Below are positions 45,386 to 64,000 of a DNA stretch of 64,000 bases, one piece after another. How positions within the stretch are numbered: the stretch's first letter is position 1; each line of letters begins with the position of its first letter. The stretch is from Amoebidium appalachense (taxonomy: Eukaryota > Protista > Ichthyosporea): contig CAVNZM010000007.1 of the NCBI GenBank assembly GCA_963693365.1, forward strand, positions 10,165,962-10,229,961. Reading direction: 5' to 3'. The position numbers and the translations under genes are program-made. The notes under the pieces were generated by a model. The model saw only the letters and a program-made list of their open reading frames with translations. It was not told the DNA's origin and made no database searches.

Positions 45386-48300
45386 ATGCTCTCCTTTCTT
45401 TTCTGGAATGCTCGTAGTCTAAATAAGAGTAAAGCACAGTTTCTTCTTTCGTTACCCCAACAGGAGTTCCCGTTTATTGTTGTCGCAGAAACGTGGTGGC
45501 GAGACCACGCCACACTCCGTCGGTCTGGACGGCTCGTCGGCGAGTCTACTCAGCCTGTGGGCCACAAGCCTCACTCCGGCATAGTGTTCATCGCCGCCTA
45601 CCACTTTGTTAACCACTGTTCAGTTATAGCACGTACAATACACACACTCACCATCTCAGTTTGTGGCCATATATGCACTTTTGTTTATTTTCCACCTAGC
45701 CTTCCACTTCTAGCACTTAAACACGAGCTTAACACCATCGCCCCACATAACCCCACACTAGTGTTAGGAGACTTTAATAGCCCGCTAACTACCACCCCAC
45801 ACCCCCTACACGGCCACCCACAGGCCCTACTTAAACCCAACCACCCACGCACGCCAACCTTTCACACTTTTGTTACAGCCTTACGCCTTACTCTTCCATC
45901 TGTAGTACAAGAACACCGCACGGACTGGGGGGCAGCCTCTGGTCCTTGCACCTTACACATACACCACAACCTACACCCCCCACCGTCAGACCACCTACCT
46001 ATAGTCTTTCGCACTACACTTAGCCGTTCTACGCCGTCACCACAACACACTTACAGACTTAACGTACGCGAACTTAAAAGCCAGCGCGGCCAAGCAGACA
46101 CTCGCTTCTTTTTCGAGACGGTGCAACCGAGTCTATTATCGCTTGTGCGTGATGGACGCCAAACCCCACTACGCACCGACCAGACCTTCATCGATAGCGT
46201 CTGGTCTACAGTACGAGAAACCTTGTGGGACATAGGTGAATATGCCTGTTTAGGTGCCCAAGTTTACCCACAAGCACGAACTACACACACTCGCGGCCCT
46301 CGAGCGGAGGCTGCCTTACGTAAGCCTCTACCGTATCACATGCTATTGGGTAATATTCGGAAGATTGATCGCGGCGATCATTCGATTCGAATAACGGCCG
46401 ACCCGTCATCCGACCCGGAATCTGCAACCGATTCCTTTTACGGCACCCTGTTTAAACGTAACCCGACATGTATGGCCACGGACCTGGGGCAGGCGCCCCC
46501 TCCTGTTTTTGTTCCACCCTCCGACACACCACCACCACCACACACGGCGTGGCCAGCGGGGCCGGCTGAGTTTGGGGCGGAATTGGGGGAACTTTTTACC
46601 CCAGATGCGGTATGGCAGTTAGTCTCCCGTTACCCGTCCCGCAAAGCGTGCGGGCCGGACGGCATCCCTATGGCACTACTTAAGGTACTCATCCCACCCC
46701 GACCCGAGAAAGACGAAAAGCGTGGCCCGCCGCCACCACTTACATGTATTCTTAGCGAGTTGTTTAGCTGGTATTCTGATGTCGGTAAAGTGCCCTCGGA
46801 GTGGCTAGCCACCTTAGTGTTTCCCATCAAGAAAACGGTTGCACAGGGTCCCATCCACGAATTTCGCCCTATCACCCTTACGTCCGTTTTTCGCCGATTA
46901 TTCGAAAGTGGCCTTTTACAGGCCTTTTCCCGTAACCCCACCCTTAAGCAGGCTTCCCAGCTGAGCCCTCTTCAGGCGGCGTTTCGGCATCGACACTCAT
47001 GTTACGCACAAATCCTCACTCTACATAATGCAACTCAAAGTGATACCGAGCACCTCGTATTTATCGATTTTAAGAACGCGTACGACACGGTCGACCTCCC
47101 TCGCCTGTGGGCCAAGTTAGCCACTCGCGGTGTCCCATTCCAAATGGGTCGGCTACTGGAAGCTATGTTTACGTTTACACGCGGACGAGCGGTGGTTAAT
47201 GGGCGGCTATCCCCAGGGTTTACCCGCACGCGCGGGGTACTTCAAGGGTCCCTGCTAAGTCCTCTTCTTTTCAACCTGTATATTGATGATTTAGCCGACA
47301 CTCTTTCTGCGGCACAAATTGACGGGGGGTTGCCATCCCAGGCTCCTCCCGCCCTCTTTTTTGCCGACGATATTGTGCTTATGTCATCCGATCCTCTCGA
47401 ACTACGGCAATACATTCGTGTGGTTGAACATTGGTGCCAGCGCAACGATATGCAGATTAATGTCAAAAAGTGTGCCCTTTTATCAAAATCGATACCGGCA
47501 TGGGACGACGTTTGTATTTTCGGCAGTCCCCTCCCTCGCCCAATCGAATACAAGTATTTGGGGATTCCGGTGGACGAATGGGGCATATGTTTCAAACGGA
47601 TGATCGACCGTCGGGTGGAGAGTGCAGGCAGGTGTCTTCGGTTATTTCGGGATGTGTATCTTGCTTCTCTTTCTCATACTATGTCCACCTATACAATCGT
47701 CTTAGTATATTTCGCACATATATTCGCCCTTTGTCGGAATACGGGTTGCCCTTACTAGCTATGGCACCCCCTTATACTGTTACTAATGTCCTCAAATCAT
47801 TAGATGATTTCCATTACACAACTTGTTGTATGTTTCTCACTGGTCTTTCCACACCTATCCCTAGACGCCTTTTTGATTCTCTCTACGCACTCACACCACC
47901 ATCACAACGCGTACACGAATTAGCCCTTAAATTTCACGAGCACATCACCCGCCTGTCCGCTTGTGCCCCGGACCACCCGCTCTTCCGGCTACACGCATCC
48001 CCGCCGGATTCGCCCCTGTACCTCTTCCCTTCCCCATCGTCTCTGCCCATTGCCGAGCGCTATGTGGAATGGCTGGCGACCCCCCCGGAGGTACGGCTAG
48101 ATCATAGTGTGAATATGAATAGTTTCAAGTCTATGGCTGATAGATATCTTTTTACTCTACGTGTTGAGTCCCTTCCGGTGTTAGGACCGCACAAACACCA
48201 ACTACTAGTAGCCTATATGGCGGATACGGTTAGAGAGTCTCGTTCATACATAGATTCGTTTATTCGTAATGTGGTGTGGTGTAAAAACGCAAAGATGATT

Positions 48301-48591
48301 ATGGCTTGGCGGTGTAATCGGTTTCTGGTGTCTCCTGCTCGTATGTGTAATATGTGTGGGGGGCGGTTTACTCGCGGCTGCATATCTATCAATAAATGCA
48401 ACCTGTTAGCTAATGTATTAGAACCGGAGGTTATTGGCGGTTTTATTCTCTTTTCTTCATCTCTTCCTCAATATATCCGTTTTAAGATGACTATCCTAGA
48501 TCACCTTATTAATGCTGCACAGTATGATATTGTGATCCGGTGCCTTAACTTTCTGTCGGAGCTACCGATGCTAGCATCTGCTTACCCATAA
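45386..48591 (+). pseudogene. LINE ORF2: AP endonuclease, reverse transcriptase and C-terminal Cys-rich motif, with one frameshift
   Basis: APE motifs WNARSL, AETW, LGDFN, SDH. RT motifs GPDGIP, RPITLTS..RRLFE, QAAFR, FIDFKNAYD, GVLQGSLLSPLLFNLYIDDL, FADDI, YKYLG. An apparent TA duplication near 47690 shifts the frame into ..YNRLSIFRTYIRPLSEYGL..CNMCGGRFTRGC.. (stop at 48591). Confidence 0.93.
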
Positions 48592-50673
48592 TATGTAATA
48601 GGGGTGTCAGATCCTACGATGGCGCTCATTGTTGCCTAGCATGTACATATGTCACTGGCTGCATTTGATTGGCTGTGCTGGAAAACGCAGTAGGCCGTCG
48701 AATGTGGCTGGGCCTCCGGCAATGTCCACGCAATAAAAAGTGTGTAAACCCCCGCATTCAAGTCCCACATGCATAATTGCACATACGGCATCCGATCAGC
48801 CATCATATGATGCGATGCACAGTGAGTGACCCGACAGTTACCGTATGGTGCGGTGCACGTGCATGTATTGGGTCTGGCCCTTCAGGTTGTACCGTGCATG
48901 CGTTTTGGGCATATACCAATAAAGGCCTCCTATATACAAACAATAGGAGACCTTGGCATATATGTTTGCACACGCGCACCCGGTTTTGCAAATCCACGTG
49001 TTGTAACTTTGTTTGGTACATATATGAATCATGCATGATATGCATCGCTGGTATAGCGCCGGGCATGCCAGTGGGCCGCGCGTGCAAGACACGTCCAAAT
49101 ATAGCAGAACTGATAATACATTATGTGGACTTAATATTAGCAATTCTGCCCTAAATTACAGTGTGAGGCACGCAAAGCGGCCTTTTCTTTCTTTCTTTCT
49201 TTCTTTCCTCTTTTCTTTTGTCAGGCGGGCAGTGGGGTATGTAGGCATAGAATTCTTGCATTATTTGCTTCTGTGATTGGATATTGACACGTTTGATATA
49301 GCCAATCAGCAGTGCCGCAAGCACTTGCGTTCGAAAAATAGATCTGTTCTAAGGAGTATTTTAGTTCGACCCTAACACTGTTTGGAAAACCAACAAAGGG
49401 AACGGTTTTTGTGTTATGTACACAACTAACACAAGATCATGGGGTATTATACCAAGCCCAATGCATGACTCACATTGTATTCAATCAGTTTTGAACACAA
49501 ACAAAGCACATTTCTGCACTACACAATAAGTATGCTGTACACAGTAGTTGAGTGTCTACGCCTAAGGGTAGGTAAAGTTATCCCGTCTATCTTCGGGATA
49601 ATCAGGTATAAGTTTCTTTCTCGTTCTGATAGAGAAATCAAAGGTAAACCTCAGTCGGCATGTGTTATGTTCCTTAGGCAACACCGTACTGCTCATTATC
49701 GCTTTTTGGGAGCTTTGGCAGGATACATTTCTCCTGCTGTCCGTATGGATACCACCCTAGTAGATAAGTCTGTATGGTGCTCTGATGTTGATATTGCCTG
49801 GGAAGTTGTGCAGTGGCGCTGCGTGTAATTCTTGTTTTCATCGATATCGCTGCTGGTGCTCCTTTTGTGCTGACCTTTTTAATCGCAAGCATGTTGATAG
49901 GTGTGAATTTTTATGTCGCGTTTTACCTCTTTCCCTACGGGTATCTGCTACACTAGCTGGCAATGTGAACACTTTAGACTTTTTGTTGAATTCTGTTGGT
50001 CGTCACATTGAGTATTAATATGATTTTCACACAGTGTTCAGGTATCTCAGTATGCACTTGTTACTGGATAACTCGTGAAGTTTTTATTGTCTTCTCAGTA
50101 TGCCGTGCATACTTGCATATCTTTCCGTCGAATAAATCCAGTCAAAAGAAAAAATAATAATCAGGCGGCCTCGGGATATGTGATATATCCGGGATGGCAA
50201 TGTTTGGATAGATCCATTTGATAATCAGGGGAAACTTGATAGACGATCTATCCAGGAAGGGTGGATATATCCCGTTTCAACTGGTCGGGATAAATTGGCA
50301 TATCCTTGTTCGCTGGGGTACTCATCCATTTACATTTTTGGCAGTCGGCTGGCGCCAAAATGATAAATAACCAATCGATTTGCAGAAATAAGTCTCCAGA
50401 GATGATAGGGACTCGGAGGCTACGTTGTTTACTAAGATACGCCTTTGAAAAAATATTCGGAATTTCGAAGGAGGACGTAAATTTCAAAGCCTATTAAGCG
50501 CTATGCTATTTATCGGCGAATAATAATAACATCAATGTACCAAAATGAAGGGAGGCTAATAATTATGAAAACACTATCAATTAATGCTTATTGCATGATA
50601 TTCCTTGCGTTCCAAACAATGCATTTACTTGCATAATAAATACTATACAGGGCAGCCTCCCGCCGGGCCTCCC

Positions 50674-50717
<44 letters not shown>

Positions 50718-51009
50718 CCGGCCTCCTCCCGCGCCGGCGCCGGCGCCCCCTGCACACGCTGTCTTGATGAACCAATATTCATATGGAGCTTCTAATTAAT
50801 AGCATCTTTTTATAAAGTGACAAAGACACCCAAATGTACATGTACAGGCATATAATATGGTATGCATACATAGCCTCTAGCACTGGGATAATCGATCATC
50901 GGATATTTAGGCCGTCCTCGGAGAAAAGTGATATATCCGCGGATAGATAGGGCCCCCAGGGATAGATGATCGGGATATTTAGGTCCCAGATTTTGAGAGT
51001 CTCCGGATA

Positions 51010-51487
51010 GGGGTTTACACACTTTTTATTGCGTGTGTGACACTGCCGGAGGCCCAGCCGTCCACATTCGACGGCCTACTGCGTTTTCCAGCGCAGCCAA
51101 TCAAATGCAGCCAGTGACATATGTATGGCTGGGCCTCCGGTAATGTCCACGCAATAAAAAGTGTGTAAACCCCCATATGTACATGCTAGGCAACAATGAG
51201 CGCCATCGTAGTATATGACACCCCTATTACATATTATGGGTATGCAGAGGCTAGCATCGGTAGCTCCGAAAGAAAGTTAAGGCACCGGATCACAATATCA
51301 TACTGTGCAGCATTAATAAGGTGATCTAGGATAGTCATCTTAAAACGGATAAATTGAGGAAGAGAGGAAGAAAAGAGAATAAAACCGCCAATAACCTCCG
51401 GTTCTAATACATTAGCTAACAGGTTGCACTTATTGATAGATATGCAGCCGCGAGTAAACCGCCCCCCACACATATTACACATACGAG
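51010..51487 (-). mobile_element. 5'-truncated copy of the same LINE family
   Basis: Reverse complement of about 48337-48752 with a few substitutions. It encodes the same C-terminal 82 aa and has the same 3' terminus (GGGGTTTACACACTTTTTATTG on the + strand). Confidence 0.93.
51126..51173 (+). mobile_element. ~48-bp extreme 3' fragment of the same LINE, inserted antisense inside the truncated copy
   Basis: TGGCTGGGCCTCCGGTAATGTCCACGCAATAAAAAGTGTGTAAACCCC, flanked by a duplicated CATATGTA (51118-51125, 51174-51181). This 8-mer occurs once at the equivalent site of the full-length element. Confidence 0.85.
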
Positions 51488-52258
51488 GGATCTTTGATAA
51501 TCAAGTCACTTTTGAGATAGATTTAAGATAGTGAGTAGGGATAATCAAGTCAAAAGAAAAAAATAATCAGGGAGGGTTTTGGGATAGATTTAGATTAGCC
51601 TATCTACGCGTGCCACGGTATGCATCTTTATGGCATTCTGTTTGAACGTGACTCATGAAAATAAATCAAAGAATTATCTGATTCCTGAATACTCGTGAAT
51701 CTCCACAGCCAACCAAAACGTGCAAACACAATTTGAATATACAAAACAAATGATATGCAACCAGTCATCGGTCGCCAAACACCGTTGCCTGCTAAGTCGA
51801 TCTTGGAACTAAAGTTACGAGCTTATATAGGTGCTCCACCCTCGCAAATAAACATAATGACATATATATAATAAATGGATAGTATCTATATTTATATGCA
51901 TTGCAAAAATGGAGTTTTTAGCTCATATCGGTACCGACCTAATTTTGTTCGCGAACATTCCTTATCTCAGCAGCCAATCATACCTAATTCGGAGAGCAAA
52001 TACATGGTTGCCGTCACTGGTTTTGTGGCCTTCATAAAAAAACGAGGCGAGGAATGGCATCACTTGCATTCACTGAAAAGCTTCGCCAAGACGGTAAATA
52101 TCTCTGAAGACTTGTACAGAACCAGAACGGCAACACTGTCACTTCACACTTGCACTTGATATATCAAAGTGTTATACAGTACGAACTGACTTAGGACAAG
52201 TAGTCGAGTGAGGAGAACTAACGTTAGATCTAACAAATACGAACGACAAGCAGAAACA

Positions 52259-53621
52259 ATGAGGCCATCACTATTGCCAATGGTTAGCAAGCAGCATGCT
52301 CGTGACTGGGGGCCATTTGAGGGAACCAATGTGCTATGGGGGGGTGCTGTACCTCATCCGTTGCTGGGCTTATCTGAAATTGACGGTCCGGAAGCTTCAC
52401 TACACAGGTTGAACCTGAGTCCGTGGGCTCAGCATTGGTGTCGTGTAAGGGAGGGTTCGCAGGCACTTTCACGTGAGTTGAGCCAGGGGTCATTTGAAGG
52501 CACCTCAAGCAGTGGCAGTGATAGCAGCTATCAATACAGTACACGGCCTTCAGACATAAACGGAACAGTGCACATACCCATTAGGATAGCGTCTTCTACC
52601 AAGTCTTTTACACCCCCACCGGTACCAAAAACACATCTACAGCAACATCCGGTAGTGACCCGAGCGGAAGAGCCAGAGAGGCAATGGCGACAACTGTACG
52701 CTCCACCGTTCAGCAAGGACATCGAGAAAAGGGAAGCTTGGAAGGAGGTGAATGGCAGCAAACCTTGGACCGTGCAGCCCCTACCCTGTGCACAAACACA
52801 GTTTCGGGACGGGCAGCATGCTTGCACTGCCATTGCAGCTGCGTTTGCCGTGTACTGGCTGCAGAGGCAAGAGGCAGGAATGGCTGAGACTACCCTGGAG
52901 AGACTGCTGTTTGAGGACGCGAGATTGGTAAGTAAAGTGGGCCATGTTTGTGCAGTGTGGAATGGATGTATGTGAAAGAAAACTAAATAGCTAATTAGCT
53001 GTCCGTGGCCTTGCGCAGTTCCGAATACCGCTCTCTAAACCTCTTTAGGCGTTTTGCTTGTGTGAATTTGGATCGTGTTATTGGTGCACACGATTAATAT
53101 CGCACTGCATGCAGACATGGATGAGTGTTGACGTGGGTTTTTCTTTACAGGTCATGCTGTCCGGAGTAAACTGGTACCGCCAGTGGAGAGACACAGCGCC
53201 AACAGCCAACAAGGGGTTTGCCAGCCTGGCCGGGTTGTACGAAAGCAAGTCCGAGGCCAACCAACACCTCCACATAGCCGAGGAGGAGGCTGTAGGGGGC
53301 AACATACACACACAGGATCTTGGCAGGGCCGCTAACTTTATGGGGGAAAGAGGCAACGGTGCTTGGGTGTTTGTCACCAGCCACGGTTTGACCGTCTCCG
53401 TTCTTGTAAGCAAAGGGAGATTTATCATCGTCGATTCGCATCCACGAGAAGCGGATGGGTTTAGACCTCAGCAGGGCTCTTGTGGGAGCTCAAGCCGGCC
53501 TGGGTGTGTAGTGGTGTGTGAGGGCCAGGGTCAGTTTGTGGAGTTTATGAGGAGGTTTTATGAGGACGAGGCCGTGCTGTTTGAAAGCATTCCTGTCTAC
53601 CTCAAGTGGGTGCAGGAGTAG
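52259..53621 (+). CDS. Herpesvirus-tegument-like cysteine protease / deubiquitinase (peptidase C76 / VTD-like), 2 exons, about 379 aa
   Basis: Exons 52259-52927 (|gtaagt) and 53151-53621 (ttctttacag|), phase 0. Motif order: CAQTQFRDGQHA-C-TAIAAAF, VMLSGVNWY, FIIV-DSH-PREADG, GCVVVC..FVEFMRRFY, FESIPV. This matches the Gln..Cys..D-x-H arrangement of UL36/BPLF1-type and Helitron-borne VTD domains. The N-terminus is low-complexity and Ser/Pro-rich. The start codon is uncertain. Confidence 0.75.
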
Positions 53622-53840
53622 CAGTGAGCGGCCACGGCATGTATACGAGGCATGTGTTTTTAGATGTTTTAAAGCAAGGGGTGTTTTTAAAAGCGAGGTT
53701 CTTGTCATTTTAAAGACGATACATATATTGAATGTTGTGCTCCGTGAGCACATTAATGCGATCAATTTTTGGACAAAGTTATCTTATTAAATTGTACAAT
53801 TTTGTGATGAACTGTTGTATGGTGTTCCAGATCAGATTGA

Positions 53841-53962
53841 CGAATAAAACTTTTAAACACGCACATGATAACCCCGAAGTTGACCAACATGTGAAAAACA
53901 CCGAATAAAACTTTTAAACACGCACATGATAACCCCGAAGTTGACCAACATGTGAAAAACAC
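53841..53962. repeat. Perfect 61-bp tandem duplication
   Basis: CGAATAAAACTTTTAAACACGCACATGATAACCCCGAAGTTGACCAACATGTGAAAAACAC twice, downstream of the VTD-like gene. Confidence 0.9.
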
Positions 53963-54935
53963 CATGTTATATACACGTACCAGATGTCCTTGAAATTGAA
54001 AGCACTCATGGCCAAGTGCCGTTTGTATATCAGCCTGGCGATTCGCGCAAACAGATCTCGAGACCACGTAAATTAAGCTTTTTGCATCTCCTTTCACTTC
54101 TGCCTTCGAACCACGCTCGGGACGTGTCTCTATAACGAATACGTGACCCACGGTGTACATGTTATTATTTACAGTGGACAACCCTCACGGCTTAGCAAGA
54201 CACTCAAACATCACAATGACACGCGCACATGGACCGCTGGTGGCGTGACCTACAGCTACAATTATCATCTCCTACCCTACAACTAACCCTGCAACAACAA
54301 TCATTGCCTTCTACCCTACAACTACAAATATCGCGTTACGTCATACTAGCATACTTGTAGGCTTGTCGCTTCATCAGCTGGTCCAACCCAAAAATAGAAA
54401 TTCTAAGGCTAATTTTAGGGGATTTCTTTTAGGCCAATTAATTGTGCCCACTCTAGCACATCCAGGTCAAGCCATTTGTTCAGCATATAAATCATGATAT
54501 GAACTGCAATTTTCTTCCTAACGCTTTATTATTATTATTCCATTATGTATTTCTTTTTTTCATTTTCTTTTTTTTTTTGTTGTATTATGGCGCATCTGTA
54601 CTTTGCTGCCGGTCCGACGAACGATGGTGCGCAACTGATGCGCAGCACGCCAATCATATAGCTAGAAGCCCCTCTGACCCGACCCGCTCGAAAAGCTAAA
54701 AGAAACCCCCTTTAATGCTGTACGATGCGGAGTAAACGGCTTCTGTGTCAGCTTGTCACAGTGCCTTCGTAATACAGTCACACCGAGCTCTCTTCCTGAT
54801 AGCCAACACCATGTTAGCTCAATAATGCTGGCTGCACGGCAGCAACAGCACACACGTCACAGAATAACGTGTCCTATAAACTTCTGGGATAGACACGCAG
54901 GGAGGGGTTAGGCTACCTAACCAAAGTGCCAAAAC

Positions 54936-64000
<9,065 letters not shown>

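Larger units (their letters stand above)
44141..48753 (+). mobile_element. Full-length non-LTR retrotransposon (LINE; ORF1 plus APE-RT ORF2), disabled copy
   Basis: 10-bp TSD GCATTCAAGT at 44131-44140 and 48754-48763. The 5' UTR has four ~17-18-bp TACTTAGGC-containing repeats. Two intronless ORFs. The 3' end is AATAAAAAGTGTGTAAACCCCC. Confidence 0.93.

Noticed and set aside
49440-50130. AT-rich segment as a viral or TE coding remnant
   Set aside because: The frames I translated are interrupted by stops and show no recognisable motif.

Overview
This is eukaryotic, intron-rich DNA. A p120-RasGAP-like SH2-SH3-SH2-PH gene points to a unicellular holozoan host, possibly an ichthyosporean (inference). 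Introns are packed with poly-C/poly-G, poly-A/T and (CA/TG)n tracts, which generate most of the spurious ORFs in the supplied track. By manual GT-AG splicing I reconstruct five genes. (1) A 15-exon P3A plasma-membrane H+-ATPase (2297-14724, +). (2) A 12-exon mitochondrial ACOT9-type acyl-CoA thioesterase (21894-34432, -) with a tandemly duplicated exon. (3) A small divergently transcribed coiled-coil gene (35162-40377, +). (4) A 2-exon gene encoding a herpesvirus-tegument-like (peptidase C76/VTD) cysteine protease/deubiquitinase (52259-53621, +). (5) A RASA1/p120 RasGAP orthologue running off the right end (54936->64000, +). Mobile DNA includes a full-length but disabled APE-RT LINE (44141-48753, 10-bp TSD) that ends in AAACCCCC rather than poly(A), and two truncated copies of it, one nested in the other. 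There are also a hAT-type MITE, a TTAA-flanked Kolobok-like MITE, a small TA-flanked inverted-repeat element, a short intronic repeat family and several minisatellites. No CRISPR, rRNA or tRNA was seen. All family assignments come from recognising motifs by eye, not from database searches.
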